Origin: an uncultured Clostridium sp.
GTDB lineage: Bacteria; Bacillota_I; Bacilli_A; RF39; UBA660
Assembly: GCA_964649575.1 (NCBI GenBank)
Contig: CAZYRI010000001.1
Coordinates: forward strand, 5,235 to 69,234
Direction of reading: 5' to 3'
Length of the DNA stretch: 64,000 nucleotides
Shown: piece after piece, positions 10,968 through 20,970 of the stretch
How the letters are laid out: the number at the start of each line of letters is the position of its first letter
Numbering within the stretch: the first letter of the stretch is position 1
Notes under the pieces: model-generated
Database searches by the model: none
Told to the model about the DNA's origin: nothing
Seen by the model: only the letters and a program-made list of their open reading frames with translations
Position numbers and translations under genes: made by a program

Positions 10968-12209
10968 ATGAATGAAAGAAATATTATAAGTATTGATTTA
11001 AAAAGTTTTTTTGCATCGTGTGAATGTGTCCAAAGAGGACTAGATCCTTATAAAACCCCTCTTGTTGTAGCGGATACTGATAGAGGTGATAAAGCTATGT
11101 CTCTTGCTGTTTCACCTTATCTTAGAAACCAAGGTGTTAAATCTAGATGCAGAGTTTTTGAAATACCCAAAAATCTTAATATAATGTTTGTTAAACCAAG
11201 AATTAAACTATATCAAGAATATAGTAAAAAAGTATTTGATATATATAGAAGTTTTATAAGTGATGAGGATATTCATTTTTATTCTATTGATGAAGTATTT
11301 ATGGATGTTACTGACTATCTAAAATATTATAAAAAAACTGATATTGAGCTTGCATTATTAATTATGAAAACAGTGTATGAAAAAACAGGGCTTACTACTA
11401 CTGCTGGTATTGGTCCAAATATATTACTTGCTAAAATAGCTATGGATGTTGAGGCAAAACATAATAGAAATTGTTTATCTAAATGGACATATAAAGATGT
11501 AGAATCCAAACTTTGGAATATAACTCCTCTTACTAAGATTTGGGGAATTGGAAAAAATACTGAAAAAAAGCTTAATAATTTGGGTATATATAAAGTTGGT
11601 GATATTAATAAATATTCAAGAAATTTTTATATAAAAAGATTTGGTAATGTTATGGGGAATGATATTTTTGATAAAGCTAATGGTATATACTTTCCAACTA
11701 TTAAAGAATTAAATTCAAGAGTTAAAGAAAAATCAATGAGTATGAGTCAAATATTATATAGAGATTATAGTATTGACGAAGCTATACTTATTATTAAAGA
11801 AATGAACGATATGTTAAATGTTCAGCTTAAAGAAAAGAAATTAACCACTAAACTTATTCATTTATCAGTTTCGTATTCAAGAGATTTATATAAAGGATTT
11901 AATGATACGACTTTATTAAATACTGTTGAAGATAACGGTGAAAAGATATTTGATACTCTTAAGTATATGTATTATAAAAATATTGAAGATTTGCCTATTA
12001 GAAAAGTTGGTATTGCCTATTCTAAACTTACTGATAAAGGTGCTACACAGCTTAGTTTATTTGATAAAAATGAAGTACCAACTGATGAATATAATAAAAT
12101 AATTGATAAGATTACTTCTAAATATGGAAACACTTCTATATTAAGAGCTTCTTCCCTTCTTAAATCATCTACAATTAAAAATAGAGAAAGATATAAAAAT
12201 ACTATTTAA
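10968..12209 (+). CDS. Y-family (DinB/UmuC-like) translesion DNA polymerase
   Basis: N-terminal SIDLKSFFASCE...VVADTDRG motif typical of Y-family polymerases; 413 aa. Confidence 0.8.
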   Translation: MNERNIISIDLKSFFASCECVQRGLDPYKTPLVVADTDRGDKAMSLAVSPYLRNQGVKSRCRVFEIPKNLNIMFVKPRIKLYQEYSKKVFDIYRSFISDEDIHFYSIDEVFMDVTDYLKYYKKTDIELALLIMKTVYEKTGLTTTAGIGPNILLAKIAMDVEAKHNRNCLSKWTYKDVESKLWNITPLTKIWGIGKNTEKKLNNLGIYKVGDINKYSRNFYIKRFGNVMGNDIFDKANGIYFPTIKELNSRVKEKSMSMSQILYRDYSIDEAILIIKEMNDMLNVQLKEKKLTTKLIHLSVSYSRDLYKGFNDTTLLNTVEDNGEKIFDTLKYMYYKNIEDLPIRKVGIAYSKLTDKGATQLSLFDKNEVPTDEYNKIIDKITSKYGNTSILRASSLLKSSTIKNRERYKNTI

Positions 12210-13251
12210 TCTTTCTCTTTTCATTTATAACTTTTCTATAATATGGCATAAGACTTATACCATTTTTTAAATTATTTGGTAATTGTGCGGCTATATAATC
12301 TTTCCATATACTAGCACTTACTAAATATACCATTGTATTTGATGTTGTAAAATTCCATTGTATTTCTTTTATTTCATCTAATGCTAATGCACATGTTTTA
12401 GCAGTATTAATAATTTTATCAAATAGTGGTATTTCTATATTATTTAGTTTTTCATTTGTTTCTGGATGTTTCTCATATATATTTTCTTTTTCATCCATAA
12501 AATCATAAGTTGTTTTACCTGTTTTTACATCAATCTTGCTACTTATAGTTTTATCTTTTAAAAACATTTTTATTTCTGCATACAATATATCAATTGTATC
12601 TTTTCTATACACTGTTACTATACTTATAATTGTTAAATTATTTTTATTTATTTTATCTAGTACTCTATTTTGCTTATGAGTTTTTTCCATATAATAAAGT
12701 TTATTATTATTTATTTCATCCAGTATGAATGCTGGACTTCTATAATCTTTTAAGTTAAACATCATAGTTCTTTCTTCATCTGGTGACTCACATCTACATG
12801 TTATTTCTTTTTTATCTTTTACAAAATCTTCATATTCTTTATAACTTATATCTTTTATATTTATAATTTCTCTATTTAAATATTTATCAAATTTAATATT
12901 AAATTTAGTTTTATTATTTAATAGACTTAATGCAGTTTTATCTATTAAATGTTTATTTATATATTCTTTTCTTATTTTACCAACAAATGTATCTCTTTTA
13001 TCTTTTTTAACTGTTTCAAATTTTAATTTTTCATATTCATCAAAAGTAATACTATATTTTATATAACAAACATAAATATCAATTAAAATATTTAAATATG
13101 GTTTATTACTTCTTTTTTTAATTCTTTTAATAGTTTTATTTAAATTTTTTAAATCTTTTTTTAGGTTATCAAAAAATTTCTTTATTGCTTTTTTCATACT
13201 TCTTTGTCCTTTTTTCAACTTTATTATATAGTTTTTTATATTAAATAGCAA
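12202..13251 (-). CDS. hypothetical protein, possibly ATP-grasp-like (sugar-transfer-associated type)
   Basis: 349 aa, K-rich N-terminus, weak resemblance only. Confidence 0.25.
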   Translation of the reverse strand: MLFNIKNYIIKLKKGQRSMKKAIKKFFDNLKKDLKNLNKTIKRIKKRSNKPYLNILIDIYVCYIKYSITFDEYEKLKFETVKKDKRDTFVGKIRKEYINKHLIDKTALSLLNNKTKFNIKFDKYLNREIINIKDISYKEYEDFVKDKKEITCRCESPDEERTMMFNLKDYRSPAFILDEINNNKLYYMEKTHKQNRVLDKINKNNLTIISIVTVYRKDTIDILYAEIKMFLKDKTISSKIDVKTGKTTYDFMDEKENIYEKHPETNEKLNNIEIPLFDKIINTAKTCALALDEIKEIQWNFTTSNTMVYLVSASIWKDYIAAQLPNNLKNGISLMPYYRKVINEKRKIK

Positions 13252-13254
13252 TAA

Positions 13255-14073
13255 TTAGTTTAATAGTTCATTTATTGAAACTATTTTATATCCTTTACTT
13301 TTTATATAATTTATTGTTGAACTTAATTCTGTTAAGTTTTTATTGTTTTCATTTATAAAAAATATTGTACCATTTTGTATATTATTTTTTACATTATTTA
13401 GAAGATTTTCTTTTATTTCAAATACCATATTTATACTATTTAAATTTTTCTTATAACATATATCTTTTATATCATAATTATTTGTTTTAACACAATAAAA
13501 TTCATCATGTAGTATTTTAATAAAATTATTTAATTCTTCTTTACTATTACCTTTGAATAAGATATTACTGTGATTTGTTATATTATCTATTTCATTAACT
13601 AAGTTATTATAATTAAATAATAAATTTAATTCAGTATCTTTATTTTGAGCTACTCCTATCATACTTTTATAATATTTAGTATTATTAACATTTATAACTA
13701 AGCTTATATTCTTTTTATAATCATTTCCTTTTATTATGTATTTATCTTTATTATTTTCTTTATTTAATATACATTTATTCTCTTTATATTCAATTAATTC
13801 TTTTTTAAAGCCTATTCCTTTCATATTTGAATAACTTTTATTTTTATCTATTTTTAAACCACTAAGTCCAAGAACTATACCAAATTCATTAATATTACCT
13901 TCTCTACATTCATAATCTATTTTTTTTGCATAATCATTTATTGATACTAAAATTGTGTCATTATATTTAGATATTTCTATTACTTTGTCTGTATAATAAA
14001 AACTAAATAATACAAAAAAAATAACTATTATATTTTTTAAATATTGTTTCATATTAAAATATATAATGGTCAT
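13255..14073 (-). CDS. membrane-anchored polysaccharide deacetylase (NodB)-like protein, divergent
   Basis: N-terminal TM; C-terminal FFINEN...YIKSKGYKIVSINELL resembles NodB-domain C-terminus (PdaA/PdaB-like). Confidence 0.35.
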   Translation of the reverse strand: MTIIYFNMKQYLKNIIVIFFVLFSFYYTDKVIEISKYNDTILVSINDYAKKIDYECREGNINEFGIVLGLSGLKIDKNKSYSNMKGIGFKKELIEYKENKCILNKENNKDKYIIKGNDYKKNISLVINVNNTKYYKSMIGVAQNKDTELNLLFNYNNLVNEIDNITNHSNILFKGNSKEELNNFIKILHDEFYCVKTNNYDIKDICYKKNLNSINMVFEIKENLLNNVKNNIQNGTIFFINENNKNLTELSSTINYIKSKGYKIVSINELLN

Positions 14074-14080
14074 TAATTAT

Positions 14081-15208
14081 TTATTCATATATTTTAAATC
14101 TTCTTTTTAATGATAATGATGATTCTTCTATCTTAGGATATGCTATTGTACCATTGATAAAATCATCATAATTTATTCCTAAGCCTTCAATAGATGACTT
14201 AAATGTTCTTTCTTTTCTTGAGGAAATAAAGTCGTAGAATAATTTCATAAATTCTTTGTAGCCCATATTTTCTCTTAAATATTGTAAATGCAATGCTGTA
14301 TAAATTCCTATACCATATATCATTTCTTCCCTAATTTTACTTCTTTTTTCATAATTTTCGGCATTTAATATTACTGATGGTTCTCTTTGGCAAAAAAAAG
14401 CTTTATCTGTTAAACATATTGCTGGAAAAGTATCATCCATGTATGTATATCTGTCATTTTTTAATATATTTGCTCCATCTTTATGTATTCCTTGTTCAAT
14501 TAAATAATCATAAAACTCTAATTCAAAGTATGATGATGGGACTTCTATAAAATAATCTTCAAATTCTCTTAATTTCTTTTGTTGAGGATATATAAATGAT
14601 TCCCTATCATATGCATGGCCAAATTCATGAACTAAAGATGAAAGAGATAAATCATTATAATTTCTATGTTGCATCACTATATATCCACTTTTAAGTTTTT
14701 TACTACCTATATGCATAGCTGTAGAGTTTTCTTCACCTATTTTATAGTTATAACCCATCACTATTCTATCTTCTTCCATATATTTTTTTATTAGTTTATA
14801 CATATCATTTCCATATCTACTAAAGAATGATAATAATATATCAGTAAAATCTTTCTCACTATATCCGCCTATTAATTTATAGAATGGAAGTGTTGGATAG
14901 TCTATTTTAATTAAATATTTATTTAGTTTATTAAATAATTCAAATAAATCATCATAATTATCTTTCATGAATGTATTAAAACCATTTATTTCTTGACAAG
15001 ACATTTTTTCAAATAAAATTTGTGTTTTATATGGATTTTCAAATACAGAAAATGGATCAAAAGAAAAACCAAGTAGATCAATTGCTAGTTTATCAAGCAC
15101 ATAAAATCCAATATAATCAAATGTTATATCTGATTCTTTTTGATGTTTTTTATAATACTCTTTTAACTTTTTTAAATCGCTAATTAATCTATCTTGATTT
15201 GATTGCAT
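14081..15208 (-). CDS. HExxH zinc metallopeptidase-like protein
   Basis: HEFGHAYD motif (M3/PepF-like) in a 375-aa protein. Confidence 0.4.
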   Translation of the reverse strand: MQSNQDRLISDLKKLKEYYKKHQKESDITFDYIGFYVLDKLAIDLLGFSFDPFSVFENPYKTQILFEKMSCQEINGFNTFMKDNYDDLFELFNKLNKYLIKIDYPTLPFYKLIGGYSEKDFTDILLSFFSRYGNDMYKLIKKYMEEDRIVMGYNYKIGEENSTAMHIGSKKLKSGYIVMQHRNYNDLSLSSLVHEFGHAYDRESFIYPQQKKLREFEDYFIEVPSSYFELEFYDYLIEQGIHKDGANILKNDRYTYMDDTFPAICLTDKAFFCQREPSVILNAENYEKRSKIREEMIYGIGIYTALHLQYLRENMGYKEFMKLFYDFISSRKERTFKSSIEGLGINYDDFINGTIAYPKIEESSLSLKRRFKIYE

Positions 15209-15229
15209 TTTAACTCCCTGAAAAATAAA

Positions 15230-16504
15230 TTATATTCTTTCTTTTCCACCCATATATGGTCTTAGAACTTTTGGTATTGTTACAGTTCCATCTTCGTTAT
15301 AATTGTTTTCTAGTAATGCTATTAAAGCTCTTGTTGATGCTAAAACTGTATTATTTAAAGTATGTGGATAATAATTTTCTTTTTCTCCTTTTACTCTAAT
15401 ACCAAGTCTTCTTGCTTGTGCATCTCCAAGTGTTGAACAACTACCTACTTCAAAATATTTTTGTTGTCTTGGGCTCCATGCTTCAATATCACATGACTTA
15501 ACTTTTAAATCAGCTAGATCTCCACTACAACATTCTAATGTTCTAACAGGTATATCTAGGCTTCTAAATAATTCTACTGTGTAACTCCACATTTTATTAT
15601 ACCAATCCATTGATTCTTCTGGATGACATAATACTATCATTTCTTGCTTTTCAAATTGATGTACTCTATATATTCCTCTTTCTTCTATACCATGGGCACC
15701 AACTTCTTTTCTAAAACAAGGACTATATGATGTCATTGTAATTGGTAAACTATCTTCTTTAATCATTTCACCTTTGAATTTACCAATCATAGAGTGTTCA
15801 CTTGTACCAATTAAGTATAAATCTTCACCTTCTATTTTATACATCATAGCATCCATTTCTGAAAATGACATAACTCCATTTACTACACTACTTCTAATCA
15901 TAAATGGTGGAATACAATAGGTAAATCCTTTTTCTATCATAAAATCTCTTGCATAAGATAACATTGCTGAGCTAAGTCTAGCAGCATCTCCCATTAAATA
16001 ATAAAAACCATTTCCACTAGTTCTACCAGATGCTTCCTTATCAAGTCCATTTTTAGATTCTAAAATATCAGCATGATATGGAATTTCATATTCAGGAACT
16101 ATTGGTTCACCAAATTTTTCTATTTCAACATTTTCTTTATCATCTTTTCCAATTGGTACAGATTCATCTATGATATTAGGAATCACCATCATTATTTTAT
16201 TTATTTTTTCTGATAATTCAGTTTCTTTTAATTCTAAGCTTTCTATTTCGCTTTGCATTGATGAAACTTCTTCTTTTAATTTATTTGCTTCATCAATTTC
16301 TTTATTTCTCATAAGTTCACCTATTTTAGAACTTATTTTATTTTTATCTCCTCTTAGTGTATCTGCTTTTACTCTCGCAGTTCTATATTCATTATCTAGT
16401 TCATATACTTCATCCACTAGAGGTAATTTTTCATCTTGAAATTTTTTCTTAATATTTTCTTTTACTAAGTCTTTATTTTCTCTTATAAGTTTAATATCTA
16501 TCAT
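15230..16504 (-). CDS. serS: seryl-tRNA synthetase
   Basis: N-terminal coiled coil + class II core, 424 aa. Confidence 0.95.
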   Translation of the reverse strand: MIDIKLIRENKDLVKENIKKKFQDEKLPLVDEVYELDNEYRTARVKADTLRGDKNKISSKIGELMRNKEIDEANKLKEEVSSMQSEIESLELKETELSEKINKIMMVIPNIIDESVPIGKDDKENVEIEKFGEPIVPEYEIPYHADILESKNGLDKEASGRTSGNGFYYLMGDAARLSSAMLSYARDFMIEKGFTYCIPPFMIRSSVVNGVMSFSEMDAMMYKIEGEDLYLIGTSEHSMIGKFKGEMIKEDSLPITMTSYSPCFRKEVGAHGIEERGIYRVHQFEKQEMIVLCHPEESMDWYNKMWSYTVELFRSLDIPVRTLECCSGDLADLKVKSCDIEAWSPRQQKYFEVGSCSTLGDAQARRLGIRVKGEKENYYPHTLNNTVLASTRALIALLENNYNEDGTVTIPKVLRPYMGGKERI

Positions 16505-16619
16505 ATATATCCCTTCTTCTTAACTAATATGATACCATTTTTATATGTAAAAAAAAAGAATTTTTGCATATTTAAAAAGAATATTGAATAATATCCTTTT
16601 TATAAAAATATTTCTTATC

Positions 16620-16724
16620 TTACCAATTTCCGCAAGAACCGAAGATTATTGCTAAAAGAATGAATAAGATTAATATTATGAAGAATATATTGCAACCTTG
16701 ATTACATGGGTTAGCACAAAACAT
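16620..16724 (-). CDS. YjcZ-like Cys-rich mini membrane protein (34 aa)
   Basis: GGAGGTG RBS; MFCANPCNQGCNIFFIILILFILLAIIFGSCGNW; not in ORF track. Confidence 0.55.
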   Translation of the reverse strand: MFCANPCNQGCNIFFIILILFILLAIIFGSCGNW

Positions 16725-16742
16725 ACAATTCACCTCCTTATA

Positions 16743-16853
16743 CTAGATAAAAGCACCTAGTATGATTACTAGTAAAATAAATAGAACTAAGGCAAATGCT
16801 GCTCCTGAAATACCGTTTCCTTTACCGCATCCACATCCACAACCTGTGTTCAT
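16743..16853 (-). CDS. YjcZ-family sporulation mini-protein (36 aa)
   Basis: GGAGGAATG RBS; MNTGCGCGCGKGNGISGAAFALVLFILLVIILGAFI - Gly/Cys-rich head + FALxxLFILLxI tail typical of YjcZ family. Confidence 0.65.
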   Translation of the reverse strand: MNTGCGCGCGKGNGISGAAFALVLFILLVIILGAFI

Positions 16854-16980
16854 AAAAACATTCCTCCTTTTTATCTTTACACTTTTATAGTATGTTGTTT
16901 CATCTTTTTTGTGTATGATAATTACTTGTATTTTATTAGTATTTTTGCTATTATATTAAGAGTTAGGAGGTTATAAGTTA

Positions 16981-17961
16981 ATGAAAAAAACATTTTTATT
17001 ACTTTTAAGTTTATTTTTACTTGCAGGATGTAAAAATGTAAAACTTACAAATGGAGAAAATGCCTTAGTAACTTTTAAGGAAGGCGGAATTAGTAGTGAT
17101 GAATTATATCAAGAATTAAAGGAAACATATGGTGCTGAAAAGTTAATGAATCTTATAGATATGCATTTACTTGAAAAATTATATGAAACTGATAATGATG
17201 AAAAAGCTTATGTAAATCAAACTGTTAAAACTACTAAAAGTACTGCTAAAGAAATGAATGCTGATTTTGATTTATATTTAAATTATTATTATGGTATTGC
17301 TAATGAAGCTGCTTTTAGAGATTATCTTTCTCTTACTTATAAAAGAAATTTATGGGTAGAAGATTATGCTAAAGAAACTGTAAGTGATAAACAAATCGAA
17401 GAATATTATGAAGAAGAAGTTTATGGTGATATTGAAGCTAGTCAAATATTAATTACAGTTGATACTAAGGATGATGCTACTGATGATGAAAAGAAAGAAG
17501 CTGAGCAAAAGGCTTATGATACTGCTAAAGAAGTTATTAGTAAGCTTAAAAAAGGTGAAGATTTTGCAACATTAGCTAAACAATATTCTAAGGATCAAAA
17601 TTCAAGTTCTAATGGTGGTAGTTTAGGAAAAGTAAACACTGATTCAGTTTCTGAGGAAGTATTTAGTGCTCTTGTTAATTTAAAAGATGGAAGTTACTCT
17701 ACTTCACCAGTTAAGGCAAGTGATGGTTATCATATTTTATATAGAAAATCACAAGATGAGAAGCCAGAATTAAATGATGAACTTACTGAAAAGATTAGAA
17801 CTACTATTGGTAGTGAAATTGTTAAAGAATCTGGTTTTTCTATTAAAGCATTAAAAGCACTAAGAGAAAAAAATGAAATGAAAATATTAGATACTGATTT
17901 AAATAAAGATTTTGAAACATTAGTAAATAGACAAACTCAAAGTTCTTCAAGTAGTAATTAG
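16981..17961 (+). CDS. prsA: foldase lipoprotein PrsA (parvulin-type PPIase)
   Basis: Lipobox LLAGC, parvulin domain; promoter TTGTAT(16926)-17-TATTAT(16949); AGGAGG RBS. Confidence 0.85.
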   Translation: MKKTFLLLLSLFLLAGCKNVKLTNGENALVTFKEGGISSDELYQELKETYGAEKLMNLIDMHLLEKLYETDNDEKAYVNQTVKTTKSTAKEMNADFDLYLNYYYGIANEAAFRDYLSLTYKRNLWVEDYAKETVSDKQIEEYYEEEVYGDIEASQILITVDTKDDATDDEKKEAEQKAYDTAKEVISKLKKGEDFATLAKQYSKDQNSSSNGGSLGKVNTDSVSEEVFSALVNLKDGSYSTSPVKASDGYHILYRKSQDEKPELNDELTEKIRTTIGSEIVKESGFSIKALKALREKNEMKILDTDLNKDFETLVNRQTQSSSSSN

Positions 17962-17983
17962 TAAATTTAATATTAAATTAGAA

Positions 17984-18010
17984 AAAGGAATTACATTATT
18001 GTAGTTCCTT
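17984..18010. terminator. bidirectional terminator between prsA and recX
   Basis: AAGGAAtTACATTATTGTAgTTCCTT flanked by A-run and T-run. Confidence 0.55.
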
Positions 18011-18742
18011 TAATTTTGAATTAATATCTTCATAATTATAACCTTTTCTAAGTAATGAAGATATTATTTTATTTCTATCGTTTTTAAATTTCTTTTTAGA
18101 TTTTTCTATTTCTTTATCAATAGCATTAGAATTATATTCTATATTCATAAGTTTATTATCTATCATATATTTATCATAACCCATATTATATAAATCCAAT
18201 TTTAATTTATTAATAAACATATTATAGCTTTTATTTTTCATAAGAGATTTCTTTTTATTAATTATTTTATTTAATTTAGATTCCCATATATCACTACTAA
18301 AAGTATTTAAATAATTATCTATATCATTTTCACTAAAATCAAAGTCTAATAAAGCCTTTTTTATTTTAAATGGTCCATCTAATGTTAAATTGATTTTATC
18401 ATTTATAAATGCTTCTATATATCTTTTTTCATTAAGTAAATTTAGTTTATTTAATTTATCCACAGCATAATTAATATGAGATTCATTAAATTCTTTCTTT
18501 TTTAAATAATCTATTATTTCTTTTTTATTTCTCATTTTAATTTCTATGTAACTTACTGATGTTTCAAATGCAGCTTCGTATTTATTTTCTTCTATTATTT
18601 TATCTATTAAATCTAAATCAACTTCTTTTTTAATTAATAAATCGTATTTAAGAATAACATCTTCATATAATATTAAATCTGTATTGTCAAATATTATTTT
18701 ATATTTATTTTTACCTACTTTTTTAAATTTATTTATTTTCAT
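17996..18742 (-). CDS. recX: recombination regulator RecX
   Basis: Three RecX-type helical repeats (LLRKGYNYEDI, GPFKIKKALL); start moved to ATG 18742 with AAGAGG RBS. Confidence 0.7.
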   Translation of the reverse strand: MKINKFKKVGKNKYKIIFDNTDLILYEDVILKYDLLIKKEVDLDLIDKIIEENKYEAAFETSVSYIEIKMRNKKEIIDYLKKKEFNESHINYAVDKLNKLNLLNEKRYIEAFINDKINLTLDGPFKIKKALLDFDFSENDIDNYLNTFSSDIWESKLNKIINKKKSLMKNKSYNMFINKLKLDLYNMGYDKYMIDNKLMNIEYNSNAIDKEIEKSKKKFKNDRNKIISSLLRKGYNYEDINSKLKELQ

Positions 18743-18795
18743 AATGACCTCTTGAATAAAATTATAACACAATAAAAAACACTTTTTAAGTGTTT

Positions 18796-19989
18796 TTAAT
18801 CATTACTATAATTTGTAAAGTATCTTTGAATTAATACTACTGGTGTTCCTTTGTCCCCACTTCCGCTTGTTAAATCACAAAGACTTCCTAGTAGATCTGT
18901 ATAGCGTCTTGGTGTAGTTCCTTGTGTAGCCATTGTTCCTTTTAATTCTTTATCTTTTTCTTTTATTGCTTCTTTCATTGCTTTATTTAATTCTTCACCT
19001 TGTAGGTCTTTGAATTTATTTTCACTGAAATATTTAAGTTTTATTTCATTTGGGCTTCCTTCTAAACCTTTTGTGTAAGCGGGACTAACTACTGGATCTG
19101 CTAGTTCCCAAATTTTTCCTACTGGATCTTTAAAAGCTCCATCACCATAAACCATTACTTCAATATTTTTACCTGTTTTTTCTTTCATAAGTTCTTGAAC
19201 TTTTAAAACTAATTCATCACCTGTTCTTGGAAACAACTTTACTCTTTCTTCTGTTGAACGATTACTTCCTAAAAGTCCATAAGGTGAATAACCACTGCCT
19301 TCAACTGATTCATTTAATATATCACTTAACATTATTACTTTTGCTGATGAATCTTTATTTTCTATTTTATTTTTAGTATCAAATCTTGTATGAATATCAC
19401 TTACTATTATATTTTTTGTATATTTTAATATATCTTCTGGTCTATTTGAAAATACCATTTCAAATTCACAGTTTTCTTTTAATACTAAATCCTTATAAAC
19501 TTCATACATGTTAACACCAGTAAATATATGTTTAAAACTAATAAATTTTTCTTTATATTCTTCTTCTGTTATTAAATCACTTGATGGATTTATATTATAT
19601 TTAATTAAATCATCTTTATAAAGTATATCATTACCTACTTCATCACTTGGATAACTAGATAATAATGTTATTTTCTTTGTACTTTTAGCAATAGCAGATA
19701 AAAGAACAGCAAATCTATTACGACTTAATATTGGAAATACTACTCCAATATGTTCACTATTATTAAGTTTATTTTTTATATCTTTTGCAATTTGATCTAG
19801 TGTTGCGAAGTTGCCTTCACTAATTCCAACTACTGCTTCTGTAATAGCTATAACATCTTTATCTTCAAATTCAAAGTTTTCACTTTTACTTGCTTTAATA
19901 ACTGAATCTACTACAAGTGAAGCAAGATCGCATCCTTCTTTAATAATTGGGGTTCTTATGCCTCTTACTATTGTTCCTACATTTCTCAT
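18796..19989 (-). CDS. CofE-like gamma-glutamyl ligase family protein (COG1478-like)
   Basis: N-terminal GTIVRGIRTP..EGDVIAITEAVV pattern; weak call. Confidence 0.3.
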   Translation of the reverse strand: MRNVGTIVRGIRTPIIKEGCDLASLVVDSVIKASKSENFEFEDKDVIAITEAVVGISEGNFATLDQIAKDIKNKLNNSEHIGVVFPILSRNRFAVLLSAIAKSTKKITLLSSYPSDEVGNDILYKDDLIKYNINPSSDLITEEEYKEKFISFKHIFTGVNMYEVYKDLVLKENCEFEMVFSNRPEDILKYTKNIIVSDIHTRFDTKNKIENKDSSAKVIMLSDILNESVEGSGYSPYGLLGSNRSTEERVKLFPRTGDELVLKVQELMKEKTGKNIEVMVYGDGAFKDPVGKIWELADPVVSPAYTKGLEGSPNEIKLKYFSENKFKDLQGEELNKAMKEAIKEKDKELKGTMATQGTTPRRYTDLLGSLCDLTSGSGDKGTPVVLIQRYFTNYSND

Positions 19990-20079
19990 AAATCACTCTC
20001 CTATTATAGTTTAGCATCATATATATAAAATTTAAATATTATTAAACATTTTATTTACAAAAAATAGTGTTTGAACACA

Positions 20080-20724
20080 CTATTTTAAAAATCTAAATCC
20101 ACCTACTATACTTGTATTTTTACTTTTGCCATTAAATGTATTTATCATTCCAACTGCTGTAATAGCTATAACTATACAATAAAGAATATAACTTATAAAG
20201 TCTACCCAACCTGGTGTTGTACTGCTATATCTATAAGTTGTAGTAAATAATGATCTAAATACTTTATTTACAAAGAATATTATTGCCCAAGCAAGTGTTA
20301 TATTTAATCCTTGATTTATATGAAAATATAGAAATCTTGATTTTTTATACTTACCAGTTAATAATGGTAGTAGGAATAAAAATGGAACATAACACATAGT
20401 AGCAATTGTTCTAAATGGGACAACTTCTTCTTTTGTAAATGTATTTGTATAATCTTTTGTATTTACTACTCCTTCAATGAATTTTATTGCTTTATCACTA
20501 AAATCCTCTGATTTCGATTTTTCAGTTTTTAAATCTACCATTTCAATGTTATTTTGATTTTGTTGTGTTTGTCCTTGACTTTGAACAGGTATTTGATTTG
20601 GAACTACTTGTCCTTGTGTAACAGTCTGACTTATTTGTCTTATATCATTTGGAATTTGTTTTTTTACATTCATTTCTTGATTTTGATTGTTCATAGGATT
20701 TATATTATTTTGGTTATTATTCAT
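20080..20724 (-). CDS. membrane protein with Q/N-rich low-complexity N-terminus
   Basis: NNQNN/QGQTQQNQ region then 3-4 TM helices. Confidence 0.5.
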   Translation of the reverse strand: MNNNQNNINPMNNQNQEMNVKKQIPNDIRQISQTVTQGQVVPNQIPVQSQGQTQQNQNNIEMVDLKTEKSKSEDFSDKAIKFIEGVVNTKDYTNTFTKEEVVPFRTIATMCYVPFLFLLPLLTGKYKKSRFLYFHINQGLNITLAWAIIFFVNKVFRSLFTTTYRYSSTTPGWVDFISYILYCIVIAITAVGMINTFNGKSKNTSIVGGFRFLK

Positions 20725-20817
20725 TGTTTACCCTCCAACTATAATTTGATTATAACACAATTTTTACAATAAATACTATGCTATTTATAACATTTTATGA
20801 TATAATTAATTAGCAGT

Positions 20818-20904
20818 GCAAGAATGGCGGAATTGGTAGACGCAGCAGACTCAAAATCTGCCGGTAGCAGTACCTTGTGGGTTCGACTCCCATTTCTTGC
20901 ACCA
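20818..20904 (+). tRNA. tRNA-Leu (anticodon CAA)
   Basis: GCAAGAA acceptor/TTCTTGC-A-CCA, anticodon loop CUCAAAA, long variable arm, 87 nt. Confidence 0.9.
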
Positions 20905-20940
20905 GATTGATACTAAACTCGAACCATTCGAGGAAAATAT

Positions 20941-20970
20941 AAAACGACTTGATATAAAAAGTCGTTTTTA
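20941..20970 (+). terminator. terminator after tRNA-Leu
   Basis: AAACGACT...AGTCGTTT + TTTA. Confidence 0.6.

Noticed and set aside
16505-16620. Possible T-box upstream of serS
   Set aside because: Only 115 bp are available and there is no GGUGGUACC-like box or terminator.
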